This document shows, piece after piece, positions 37,658-46,648 of a DNA stretch of 64,000 nucleotides (positions within the stretch are counted from its first letter, which is position 1; the number at the start of each line of letters is the position of its first letter). The DNA is from Syntrophobacterales bacterium. GTDB lineage: Bacteria > Desulfobacterota > BSN033 > WVXP01 > G020346125. A model generated the notes under the pieces. The model made no database searches, was not told the DNA's origin, and saw only the letters and a list, made by a program, of their open reading frames with translations. The stretch spans positions 1,565,147 through 1,629,146 of the forward strand of contig CP070774.1 in assembly GCA_020346125.1 (NCBI GenBank). Direction: 5' to 3'. The position numbers and the translations under genes were made by a program.

Positions 37658-37937
37658 TGCAAAGTTCCTCCAACTTTTCTAAGCTTCGGAAATCCGATGC
37701 AAATCACCTTCATGCCCTGGGTGCGGTATCATCGGAATAGACATATTCCCTATTGCGCCCGTAGTTCTTGGTTCTTTCACATAGAGGACAGAGAGCTCGG
37801 ATTTACACCGGCGTGAAAGAGCGATGCCTTAGTTCAAGCCATAGTGGGGTAAGTCGGGAAAATCGGCGGAAACCACGGTTTTTTAGGTGAACCATAGTAA
37901 ATCACTTATTCATGGTCGGCAAGGCCGCTGAACCTTT

Positions 37938-39377
37938 TCACCCCTCCTGGAGGATCACGAAGATATTACCCCCCTCGCGGTTGATCAAAAGAAGTACTCT
38001 CTCTCTCCGGTTTGCCCTCTGCATTGCGCGTTGGTAGTCCTTGGTATCCTCGATCTTCTTGCGATTGACCTCAAGAATTACATCCCCGGGTTGGAGCCCC
38101 GCATTGTGACCAGAACTTCCGGGTTCGACCTCCACGATTACAACTCCGCGATCCACCGTGATTCCCCATCTTTGGACCATTTGGGGGGTAATTTCCTCCA
38201 CCTTAAGGCCAAACCACCCCTTCTTAACCTCGGGTGTTTCGGCTTCGGCCGTAATTTCGCTTGCCATTTCCTCCGTTTCGATGGGGATGGTCATCTCTTT
38301 CCCATTACGGATGATATTGAGGGTAACCTCTTGGCCGACTTCCTTCTTGAGGACTTGTTGAACCAGTTCTTTTGAATTCCTCACCATCTGACCGTCGATC
38401 TCCTTGACGATATCCCCGATCTTGAGGTCTGCCCTTTCGGCAGGACTGTTGGGGAATATCTTGTTGATGAGAACACCTTCCTTATTTGATAACTCAAATT
38501 GCTTTCTCAGCTCTTGTGTGAGATCTTGTATACCGATACCAATCCACGCCCTAATGACCTTCCCACGTTTGATCAACTGATGGCTGATGGATTTGGCCAG
38601 GTTAATGGGGATCGCAAATCCAATGCCGTGTCCTGGTTGAATGATCATGGCATTAATTCCGATGACCTCTCCCCGTATATTACAGAGGGCCCCACCGCTA
38701 TTGCCGGGATTGATGGATGCATCGGTCTGAATAAAATCCTCATAGGTTCCCGTACCAAAACCCGATCTGCCCGTGGCGCTGACCACTCCCACCGTAACCG
38801 TCTCCTCCAGGCCAAAGGGACTCCCAATAGCGACGGCCCACTGTCCAACCCGCAATTTATCGGAGTCGCCTAAGGTAGCGGGTTTCAGATTTTCCCCTTT
38901 TATGTGAACTACCGCGAGATCCGTTTTGGGGTCGTTCCCCTTGGTCGTCCCATCGAATTCCCTGCCGTCATAGAGCCTTACCGTTATCTTATCGGCATCC
39001 GCAACGACGTGGTGGTTGGTGATGATATTGCCGCTCTTGTCGATGATTACCCCGGAACCGGTCCCCCTCTGCTTTTGTCTGTACTCCCTTCTGGGGCGTC
39101 CGAATCCCTTGAAGAATTCCTCGAAAGGGGACCCCCTGAAGAAGTCCTCCCCAAACCCCTCCCATGGGGAGAAGCTCACCGTTCTTTCGCTGAAAATGCT
39201 CACCACCGAAGGCCTTACCTTATTGGCCACATCAATAAAGGCTCCTTCCAATGATGTGGCGTCGAAAGCTTCCTTGGTGAGAGGTTGTGATGGGAGGGCC
39301 CAATGGAAAAGGATGAAGAACGTTAATCCAATGAGAAGCGCGGCGCAATAGTGTCTTTTTTTTGGATCTTTTGCCAT
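37938..39377 (-). CDS. htrA: DegP/HtrA-family periplasmic serine endoprotease with two PDZ domains
   Basis: TNHHVV, D...DLAV, GNSGGAL catalytic triad context, and two PDZ regions. Confidence 0.9.
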   Translation of the reverse strand: MAKDPKKRHYCAALLIGLTFFILFHWALPSQPLTKEAFDATSLEGAFIDVANKVRPSVVSIFSERTVSFSPWEGFGEDFFRGSPFEEFFKGFGRPRREYRQKQRGTGSGVIIDKSGNIITNHHVVADADKITVRLYDGREFDGTTKGNDPKTDLAVVHIKGENLKPATLGDSDKLRVGQWAVAIGSPFGLEETVTVGVVSATGRSGFGTGTYEDFIQTDASINPGNSGGALCNIRGEVIGINAMIIQPGHGIGFAIPINLAKSISHQLIKRGKVIRAWIGIGIQDLTQELRKQFELSNKEGVLINKIFPNSPAERADLKIGDIVKEIDGQMVRNSKELVQQVLKKEVGQEVTLNIIRNGKEMTIPIETEEMASEITAEAETPEVKKGWFGLKVEEITPQMVQRWGITVDRGVVIVEVEPGSSGHNAGLQPGDVILEVNRKKIEDTKDYQRAMQRANRRERVLLLINREGGNIFVILQEG

Positions 39378-39474
39378 ATTTACCTCCTCGAAGTTCTCCC
39401 TAAAAGATAACCATCAATTGAATAATTACAAGTCAAAGGGAGAATTAAAAAACCTCCTTTATGAAGACATCTTG

Positions 39475-40533
39475 CTATTTCTGTGCTTCTCGCTTAACCC
39501 TTTCCCCCCGATCCGATGGTTCCACGGGAATCCTGGCCTCCTTAAAGAGAGATCGATAGACGAGGAGGCTTGTCAGGAATGGAAATACATAAAAGATGAG
39601 GCGATACAGGATCACGGCAACGATGGCCTCCTCCAGGGGAACGTTGAGGCTATAATAGATGGCCGCCATAGATCCCTCCATGACTCCAAGCCCCCCGGGA
39701 ATCAGTGAAAGTATCGAGGCGAATAGTCCCACGGCAAACCCCACGATGAGGACTTCGGGGTGAATAAAATAATGGATAGCCAGAAAGCAGAAGTAAAGGG
39801 TGAGGAGGCAGCCAATCCAATCGAGGAAGACATAGAGGACTGGGGCCTTCAACTCCCCCCTTTTCAGCCCCATCAATTCCATTCCCTGATTGAATTCCGC
39901 TTTGAAAGAGGTGAGTTCCCCACCTTCAATTATGGTGCCCCCCTTCTTTGAAAAAGAGGAGTGGAGCTTGTTGGTCCATCGGGCGATGCGGTCGATCCAG
40001 TTCTCCCGGAACTCCCTATTGACGACGGATTTAAATGCCAAGTACGTCACATAGAGGGCAATAAAGATGAGAAAACTGGATATGAGAAAATTGTAAATTC
40101 CCATTTGTCTGCTTGCAAGGAGACTGCTGAAGCCGATAAGGACGAATAACATCAATATCACATTGATGATAAAGGTATGGATGATGGAGATGACTATGGT
40201 CTCGCTGTAGGAAATCCCCTTTTTCTTCAGCAGGTAAACCCGGGCGGTAAATCCGCCTATTCCTCCCGTGGACAGGACATAATTGATGGAGGTCGAAACC
40301 CACGAGATGTTGAAGATCTCCACAAAAGAGAGTCGAATATCCATCAACTCCAGTATTTTTTTCAGCGAGAGGGCGATGAGGAGATAACTTCCGAAGGCAG
40401 CGGCAAAGGATAGGCCGAGGAAGTAAAGGTCAAGCTTTGCCGAAAGGCGGATCATTTTTCTGATATCTGATACGCTTACCAATACTGCCACTGCGATGAA
40501 AATAAGAATACCGATTTTAATCCATCTCTTCAC
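39475..40533 (-). CDS. lysylphosphatidylglycerol-synthase-TM / YbhN-like flippase-like membrane protein
   Basis: 352 aa, 8 predicted TM segments, UPF0104-type pattern (PGGLGVMEG). Confidence 0.65.
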   Translation of the reverse strand: MKRWIKIGILIFIAVAVLVSVSDIRKMIRLSAKLDLYFLGLSFAAAFGSYLLIALSLKKILELMDIRLSFVEIFNISWVSTSINYVLSTGGIGGFTARVYLLKKKGISYSETIVISIIHTFIINVILMLFVLIGFSSLLASRQMGIYNFLISSFLIFIALYVTYLAFKSVVNREFRENWIDRIARWTNKLHSSFSKKGGTIIEGGELTSFKAEFNQGMELMGLKRGELKAPVLYVFLDWIGCLLTLYFCFLAIHYFIHPEVLIVGFAVGLFASILSLIPGGLGVMEGSMAAIYYSLNVPLEEAIVAVILYRLIFYVFPFLTSLLVYRSLFKEARIPVEPSDRGERVKREAQK

Positions 40534-40723
40534 CTTGACCCCTTTGACTCATCTCCTTGATATCCGTCCCTTTGGAAGGTCCTCTCTCAACTCCGTAGAA
40601 AGTAGGCAATCTCAGGCTTGGTCTACCCTCCTCTCCACCATTGCGAGGTTATTCGACACCAAAGAAACGTACAGACCTCATGGGCTTGTACATTGATCAT
40701 CACGATGCGGATAATTTTTCCAT

Positions 40724-41380
40724 TTACCGAGGGAGGAAAACCCTAATCTCCTCCAACCTCTTCCTCGCCATTTCATTATTGGGATCGAGCTCTAATACCC
40801 TTTCCCATTCGGCCTTAGCGAAGTCATACTGCTCCCTTCGGAAATAGATCTCTCCGAGAAGGGCATGGGCCTCAATGTGGCGGGGGTTGAGATTGATGGT
40901 CTTCATGAATTCAGTTACAGCTTCACTCTCCGCTTCCTTGAACCAATAAGCCAGTCCTAGGGCGTAGTGGATCTCATCATTTTTAGAATCCATCCTTTCC
41001 GCCTGCTTGAAGACCTTTAAGGCCTTGTCATAATCCCTGAGATATTCCGCATAGGTCATGCCTAAGTTATAGAATAAATCGAATTTTTTCAGCCCCAGCT
41101 GAACTGCCTTTTCGTACTCCTCGATTTCCCTCTCATGCATCCCCTTAAAGCCATAGGCATATCCTAGGTGATAATGGGCAAGAGCGAAATGAGGATTATC
41201 CTGGATTACCTGCTCGTGGGAATCGATTGCCTTGTCCCAATCGCCTTGTTCCAGATAAAAGTCCGCTTCCCTATCGCAAATGGTTTGAATCTTCGAGGGG
41301 GATAGTCCAAGGTGACCAAAGGAGCACCCAACGAAGAGAAAAAGGAAGAAAAATGGGTTAGTGATACTTTTATATTTCAT
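40724..41380 (-). CDS. tetratricopeptide-repeat lipoprotein
   Basis: Signal peptide with lipobox (LFVGC) followed by multiple TPR units. Confidence 0.8.
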   Translation of the reverse strand: MKYKSITNPFFFLFLFVGCSFGHLGLSPSKIQTICDREADFYLEQGDWDKAIDSHEQVIQDNPHFALAHYHLGYAYGFKGMHEREIEEYEKAVQLGLKKFDLFYNLGMTYAEYLRDYDKALKVFKQAERMDSKNDEIHYALGLAYWFKEAESEAVTEFMKTINLNPRHIEAHALLGEIYFRREQYDFAKAEWERVLELDPNNEMARKRLEEIRVFLPR

Positions 41381-41529
41381 CTCTGTGCAATGCGCGTTAG
41401 CGTATTTCTAAAAACCAACCGTATGAGTCTATTGAAATATTACCCTCAATGCAAGGAAATTCTCCAGAGGCTCGAGAAACTTCCCAAAGAGCTCCTTTTC
41501 CATTTTTTAAGAGACCTCGTCCGGGATCC

Positions 41530-41557
41530 TTGACAATTGAGAAACCAAGATTATATT
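41530..41557 (+). promoter_or_regulatory. promoter of hsp20 (sigma70-like; -35 also resembles the sigma32 CTTGA core)
   Basis: TTGACA (41530-41535), 16-nt spacer, TATATT (41552-41557). Confidence 0.5.
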
Positions 41558-41620
41558 GAGATTAAGGAGAGAGGAGATGATTTCATACAAGAGAATTTCA
41601 TTAATAGGAGGTGAGGGTTC

Positions 41621-42073
41621 ATGGCAGAGAAGGAACTTACTCCTTGGAGGCCGTTTACAGAATTAAGCAATCTCAGAAGGGAGATGGACAGGCTTTGGGA
41701 GGGCTTTTTCGGCGAGAGGCCTTTCGCGAGAGTTTGGGAGAGAGAATGGGCTCCGTCTCTTGATATGTCTGAGACCAAGGACAATTTTGTGGTGAAGGCG
41801 GAAGTTCCGGGGATAGATGCCAAGGATATCGACATCTCCTTGACGGGCGATATCCTGACCATCAGGGGGATGAAGAAGCAGGAAAAGGATGAGAAGGAGG
41901 AAGATTACCATCTAGTGGAGAGAAGCTACGGGTCATTTTCCCGCTCGGTGAGGCTTCCAACCGAAGTGGAGAGCAATAAGATAAAGGCATCTTATAAGAA
42001 CGGAATCCTTAACATTACCCTTCCCAAATCGGAGAGGGTAAAGGCAAAGGAAGTAAAAATTAAGGTGGAATAG
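41621..42073 (+). CDS. Hsp20/alpha-crystallin small heat-shock protein
   Basis: Alpha-crystallin domain (PSLDMSETKDNFVVKAEVPGI...ASYKNGILNITLPK). Confidence 0.9.
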   Translation: MAEKELTPWRPFTELSNLRREMDRLWEGFFGERPFARVWEREWAPSLDMSETKDNFVVKAEVPGIDAKDIDISLTGDILTIRGMKKQEKDEKEEDYHLVERSYGSFSRSVRLPTEVESNKIKASYKNGILNITLPKSERVKAKEVKIKVE

Positions 42074-42370
42074 CCCATCCTCCTCTCTCCCCCTACCCAA
42101 TTTCATATTGTGATTATAGTTATTTGTTCCCTTCAGACAGTCATTATTTGTAACAACCTCTCCCTCTACATGTTTTTTTGGTCATTCCATTATCCTCATC
42201 CCACAAGGGATTATCTCAACAGGCTTGGATTGGCAGGGGTTCACAGGGATACTCAATTTGTGTTTTTCCTGCTCCTTTCGGTTCTCAAGATTCCTCATCG
42301 TGAGGGATTTTTTCTTAAAAGCTTTTTCAGGGCTCTATGGTACATGGGAATGGCAGTTCCCACCGGATAC

Positions 42371-42399
42371 TTGACAGGAAAGGACCATCTTTATATCAT
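42371..42399 (+). promoter_or_regulatory. sigma70-type promoter for the adh / aldolase pair
   Basis: TTGACA (42371-42376), 17-nt spacer, TATCAT (42394-42399). Confidence 0.45.
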
Positions 42400-42439
42400 G
42401 TCGGCCGAATGTAGCTGCTCCGATTGAGCAAGCTAACGG

Positions 42440-43477
42440 ATGGGTGTCGTGCGGGTAGCAATGTACTATAACAATCATGATGTGCGGCTTGAGGAGATCC
42501 CCGTGCCCCACATTGGCCCGGGGGAACTGCTGGTCCGAATAGAGGCGAGCGGTATCTGCGGCAGTGATGTGATGGAGTGGTATCGGCGTGAAAAGGTGCC
42601 TTTGGTACTGGGCCACGAAATTGCGGGGGAGGTTGTGAAGGTGGGCGAGGGCGTCCGGCAATATAAAAAGGGAGATCGTGTATCCGCGTCTCATCATGTG
42701 CCCTGCAATACTTGTCGGTACTGTCTGAATGGACATCACACCGTATGTGAAACGTTGCGTAAAACAAATTTTGACCCCGGAGGACTCGCCGAGTACGTTC
42801 GCCTGCCGGCAATCAATGTGGACAGAGGTGTCTATCTCCTTCCTGGTGAAGTATCTTTTGAAGAGGCGACTTTCATCGAACCGTTGGCCTGCGTTTTTCG
42901 GTCCCTGAGGATGGGCCGATTCCAGCCAGGGCAGACAGTCCTTGTCATAGGGAGCGGTATTACTGGATTGCTCCATGTTCATCTGGTAAAAGCCCTGGGG
43001 GCGGGTCGTATTGTGGCAACGGATATTGTGGAAAGCCGTCTGGAAGCCGCGCGGCAATTGGGGGCGGACGTGGTTCTTGATGCGAGAGGAGACGTTCCCT
43101 CTCGGCTCAAGGAAGTCAATGATGGATGGTTGGCCGATCTGGTGCTGGTTTGCACTGGGGTGATATCTGCTCAGATTCAGGGTATGGAATCGGTCGAAAG
43201 GGGAGGCACGGTCCTCTTTTTTGCACCGACAGATCCAGGGGTAACGGTCCCCCTCTCTATCAATGATCTTTTCTTTCGAAACGATATTACACTCACAACC
43301 TCTTACGCGGGAAGTCCGAGAGACCATGCGGACGCCCTTGAGCTGATTCGTACACGACGGTTACGTGTCAAGGAGATGATTACCCACCGATTGGGATTGG
43401 CCGAGACGGGCCGGGGATTCCAATTGGTGGCCGAGGCCAGGGATTCCATAAAGGTGATCATCGAACCCCAAAAGTGA
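42440..43477 (+). CDS. zinc-dependent medium-chain alcohol/polyol dehydrogenase (threonine/sorbitol dehydrogenase-like)
   Basis: GICGSD, GHE..G, structural-zinc Cys cluster (CNTCRYCLNGHHTVC), GSGITGLL Rossmann. Start uncertain (42440 or 42461). Confidence 0.85.
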   Translation: MGVVRVAMYYNNHDVRLEEIPVPHIGPGELLVRIEASGICGSDVMEWYRREKVPLVLGHEIAGEVVKVGEGVRQYKKGDRVSASHHVPCNTCRYCLNGHHTVCETLRKTNFDPGGLAEYVRLPAINVDRGVYLLPGEVSFEEATFIEPLACVFRSLRMGRFQPGQTVLVIGSGITGLLHVHLVKALGAGRIVATDIVESRLEAARQLGADVVLDARGDVPSRLKEVNDGWLADLVLVCTGVISAQIQGMESVERGGTVLFFAPTDPGVTVPLSINDLFFRNDITLTTSYAGSPRDHADALELIRTRRLRVKEMITHRLGLAETGRGFQLVAEARDSIKVIIEPQK

Positions 43478-43581
43478 CGGAAACGTTTCCGTGGTCAGTC
43501 GTTCATTCCCTGGTTTCTTGAGGAACAGACGGATCACCGAAAATCAAGGTGCACAGTTACTATCAGAAGGAGGATGTTATC

Positions 43582-44370
43582 ATGGATTGGGGAATGCAAA
43601 ATCGTCTGTCTCGGCTGATTCAATCAGACGGCCACTGTTTCTTTTTGCCGATCGATCATGGCTATTTTCAGGGTCCCACCCGAAAGCTGGAGAAACCGGG
43701 CGAAACAATCAAACCCCTAATTCCTTACGTCGACGCTCTTTTTGTGACGCGAGGAGTGTTACGTTCCTGTATTAATCCAAGGACCAGTCCGCCCATTATT
43801 TTGAGAATCTCCGGTGGGACCAGTATCATCGGAAAGGACCTTTCCCACGAGGGAATTATCACTTCGATCCAAGAGGTCCTCCGCCTCAGTGTGGCCGCTG
43901 TTGGCATGTCGATCTTCGTGGGAAGCGAGTATGAGCACGACTCCCTTCTCAATCTGGGGAAGCTGGTGGATGAGTGTGAAAACTATGGGATCCCGGTTAT
44001 GGCCGTTACGGCTGTTGGAAAAGAGCTGGAGAAGAGAGATGCCCGTTACCTCGGGCTGTGCTGCCGGATCGCCGCCGAACTGGGTGCCCAAGTGGTTAAG
44101 ACCTACTGGTGCGAAAATTTTGAGAAGGTTGTTAATGGCTGCCCCGTGCCTGTAGTCATGGCGGGCGGACCCAAATGTGAGACAGAACGTGAAGTTTTCG
44201 AATTTGTCTATGATGGCATGCAAAAAGGGGCCATCGGTCTGAACCTTGGGAGAAATGTCTGGCAGCATGAGCACCCGGTTGCCATGGTAAAAGCCCTCCG
44301 GACCATCGTTCATGAGAATGCGTCTGTTGAGGAGGCGAATGACCTATTCAGGTCACTCAGTGGCGAATGA
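43582..44370 (+). CDS. class-I aldolase family protein, LsrF / DhnA-like
   Basis: DWGMQNRLSRL...DHGYFQGP...GSEYEH...MAVT.VGK...IAAE.GAQ..KTY...GCPVP.V.AGG.K...GRN..Q..HPVAM.KA tracks E. coli LsrF closely (from memory). AAGGAGG lies 8 nt before the ATG at 43582. Confidence 0.85.
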   Translation: MDWGMQNRLSRLIQSDGHCFFLPIDHGYFQGPTRKLEKPGETIKPLIPYVDALFVTRGVLRSCINPRTSPPIILRISGGTSIIGKDLSHEGIITSIQEVLRLSVAAVGMSIFVGSEYEHDSLLNLGKLVDECENYGIPVMAVTAVGKELEKRDARYLGLCCRIAAELGAQVVKTYWCENFEKVVNGCPVPVVMAGGPKCETEREVFEFVYDGMQKGAIGLNLGRNVWQHEHPVAMVKALRTIVHENASVEEANDLFRSLSGE

Positions 44371-44609
44371 ACTCCGCATCCAATGTGAGAGGAACTCCAG
44401 GGAACCGTACAAGAAAGGATATGGACAGATATGGGGAGTTGTTAAATATACTAGTATCATTTCCCAAAAGTAATTTATAAAAATCATCCCAAAACTGATC
44501 GTACGTATTTAATCGCATTTATAGACGCTATGCGATCGTGTTAATTATGCACGTTATTATTGGGATGTTACACTAGGACATTTACATGCCCCTTCGAATA
44601 CTATGACCC

Positions 44610-45680
44610 TCACCCTGGAAGTTGGATTGTTCTGTACCCTTTAATTCTTCGGGTTATCCATTTTTCGATTGTTTCCTCTGTGAGCCCCCGTAACCTCTTC
44701 CTCAGATTTTCCAGGGGGATCTCAGCCCTTGCCGCTGATTTATGCCCCCCAGCGTGGCCCAAATCCCCGAAGAGCTTCGAGGCCATCTTCCCAGCATCCT
44801 TACGGTATCCGTCGCTACGTAGGATGATCACGAGATCATCATCGACCACAGATGATATGACGGTCCAGGAGATATTGTTCACCCTCATGAGGAAATCGGC
44901 CAGCTGAACACAGATATCAGGATGGTCGATCTCACCCATGTGAACGAAGATCTTGTCCTTAAAGATCTTCATCCTATCGAAGGCCATTTTAAAGTAGCTG
45001 AGGATTTCAGGCGAGAGCTCGGAAAGCTCGATCTTACGGAGCACGTTTTTGTTTGCCCTTGGAAAGAGGTAACGGAAGGCCCACACGTCCTCCGCTCGCG
45101 TATGGCGCTCGAAATTGTTGGTATCCGTCTTAATGCCGTAGAGCAGGGCCGTTGAGAGTCTGGTTGAGGGCTTGATCCGGGCCGCACTGAGGTATTCGGT
45201 CATGATGGTGGAGGTTGAGCCATAGCTGGGACGGATGTCCTGAAAGGAGGCACTATAGCCCTTCGTGATGGGGTGGTGGTCTATGATCACATCGAAGTGA
45301 TGGTCCTGAGGAAGATCGAAGTGGGTGGGTTGCCCATCGAGAATAGACATCCGATTGAACTCCTCAAAATCAATTTCCTCAATCCTCTGCATGGGGATAC
45401 TGAGAAGCTTGACCAGGGCGATGTTCTCTTGCCGGGTAATCTCGCCAACAAAAGCCGTCGTCGCGTATTTTATGGATTTGAGAAGGAGGGTCTTCATGGC
45501 GAGGCTGCAAGCGATGGAGTCGGGGTCCGGTTTGATGACTATAAGGAGCCGGTCCTCGGGGGAGAATAGCCTCCTCAGTTCATGGAGTTTCAAGCGGGTT
45601 GATTCGAGATCCGGAAATCCGGACATCCTCCTCATCTGAGTCCCCGTTTCTCTTAGCTTCCTCATATCCCCTCGGAACAA
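44610..45680 (-). CDS. DHH/DHHA1-family phosphoesterase (NrnA-like)
   Basis: DPDSIAC, IIDHHP and GHAGGHKSAA (DHHA1) motifs. Start uncertain (45680/45665/45635). Confidence 0.8.
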   Translation of the reverse strand: MFRGDMRKLRETGTQMRRMSGFPDLESTRLKLHELRRLFSPEDRLLIVIKPDPDSIACSLAMKTLLLKSIKYATTAFVGEITRQENIALVKLLSIPMQRIEEIDFEEFNRMSILDGQPTHFDLPQDHHFDVIIDHHPITKGYSASFQDIRPSYGSTSTIMTEYLSAARIKPSTRLSTALLYGIKTDTNNFERHTRAEDVWAFRYLFPRANKNVLRKIELSELSPEILSYFKMAFDRMKIFKDKIFVHMGEIDHPDICVQLADFLMRVNNISWTVISSVVDDDLVIILRSDGYRKDAGKMASKLFGDLGHAGGHKSAARAEIPLENLRKRLRGLTEETIEKWITRRIKGYRTIQLPG

Positions 45681-46258
45681 CTCCTTGAGATCTGGGATAA
45701 TTTTTCCCTTGTATGGGCATCTTCAAAATAGGTAGTTTTGAGCATCTCTTCGATTCGATGACATGTATGGAGAGCAGCCTTTCCCAAGGCATTTGATCGG
45801 AATCCTTTTTGGTATATACGGATAATTCCTTTCCCCAGGGCGGATAGATTCAGGTCCAGGTCCAATCCCTTCACTATTGCCAGAGCCCTCCCCCTCTCCC
45901 TTCGTTCTCGTTCAATAGAAGTTGAATCGGGGGGCCGAGATAAATAAGCGAGAAGCTGGAGGAATGTCTTCAAATCGAAGCCAAGAGACTCGATCCTATT
46001 GAAGGGCTTTTCGCCCCAGAGTTTCCTCGGTCCCTCATGCCCCCCTTCCGCTAGATACCAATCCTTAACCAGGCGAAATCCCGCGCGGAATAACAGCTCC
46101 CCTTGGGCAGTACTGACGGACGGAACACCTTTCATGAGGCTCTCCTGGGTTTCCCAATGAAATGGGCTTTCGTAGGAGATTTCGTAGTCTCCAATTGATA
46201 ACCCTTGGAGGCGGGACAACGAATCTCCTATTTCCTGAGGAGCCGAGAAGGCCATCAT
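45662..46258 (-). CDS. hypothetical protein
   Basis: 198-aa ORF immediately upstream of, or overlapping, the DHH gene. No family recognised. Confidence 0.4.
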   Translation of the reverse strand: MMAFSAPQEIGDSLSRLQGLSIGDYEISYESPFHWETQESLMKGVPSVSTAQGELLFRAGFRLVKDWYLAEGGHEGPRKLWGEKPFNRIESLGFDLKTFLQLLAYLSRPPDSTSIERERRERGRALAIVKGLDLDLNLSALGKGIIRIYQKGFRSNALGKAALHTCHRIEEMLKTTYFEDAHTREKLSQISRSCSEGI

Positions 46259-46648
46259 ACCTCGTGGATCGTAAGGATTTTATCGTGATTTTATCCAAGG
46301 GTGTGATGAGATTCAATACCACGAAAGGAAATGGCAGTCAATTTATTAAGGCTTGGAAGCTCAAGCCTTTTTATTGGAAATATTTTTATAATAAGTTGAT
46401 CACAGAGGAACCCAGGGGGTTTTCCCCCCAGATAGAACACCCAAACTGGAAGACTGGAAAAATGGAATACTGGATATCATCAAGGGCATGTACCGCGCGA
46501 AGAGGCATGTTTCCTCGTGACCTTCAGACTCCCCCCAAGTATGGAGAATGAAAAAATTGCTATGGTTCAAGGGTGTTTTTTAGACGGAGTTTGACAAGAC
46601 GATTCAAATTCCATTATCCTTTATGCGAAAGAGAGAGGAGCATTGGAG

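Noticed and set aside
41564-41666. RNA thermometer or regulatory uORF (ATG 41577, 29 codons, overlapping the hsp20 start) in the hsp20 leader.
   Set aside because: No anti-SD pyrimidine stretch pairs with the SD, and the repeats present (ATTTCAT x2) are direct rather than inverted. The uORF is possible but unsupported without expression or conservation data.
42074-42316. Possible small RNA or 3' UTR between hsp20 and a weak terminator (CCTCA-TCG-TGAGG plus T6 at 42293-42313). Also a plus-strand hairpin plus T6 at 20157-20176 with no upstream gene.
   Set aside because: The stems are short (5-7 bp) and AT-rich, and no promoter was identified. This cannot be supported from sequence alone.
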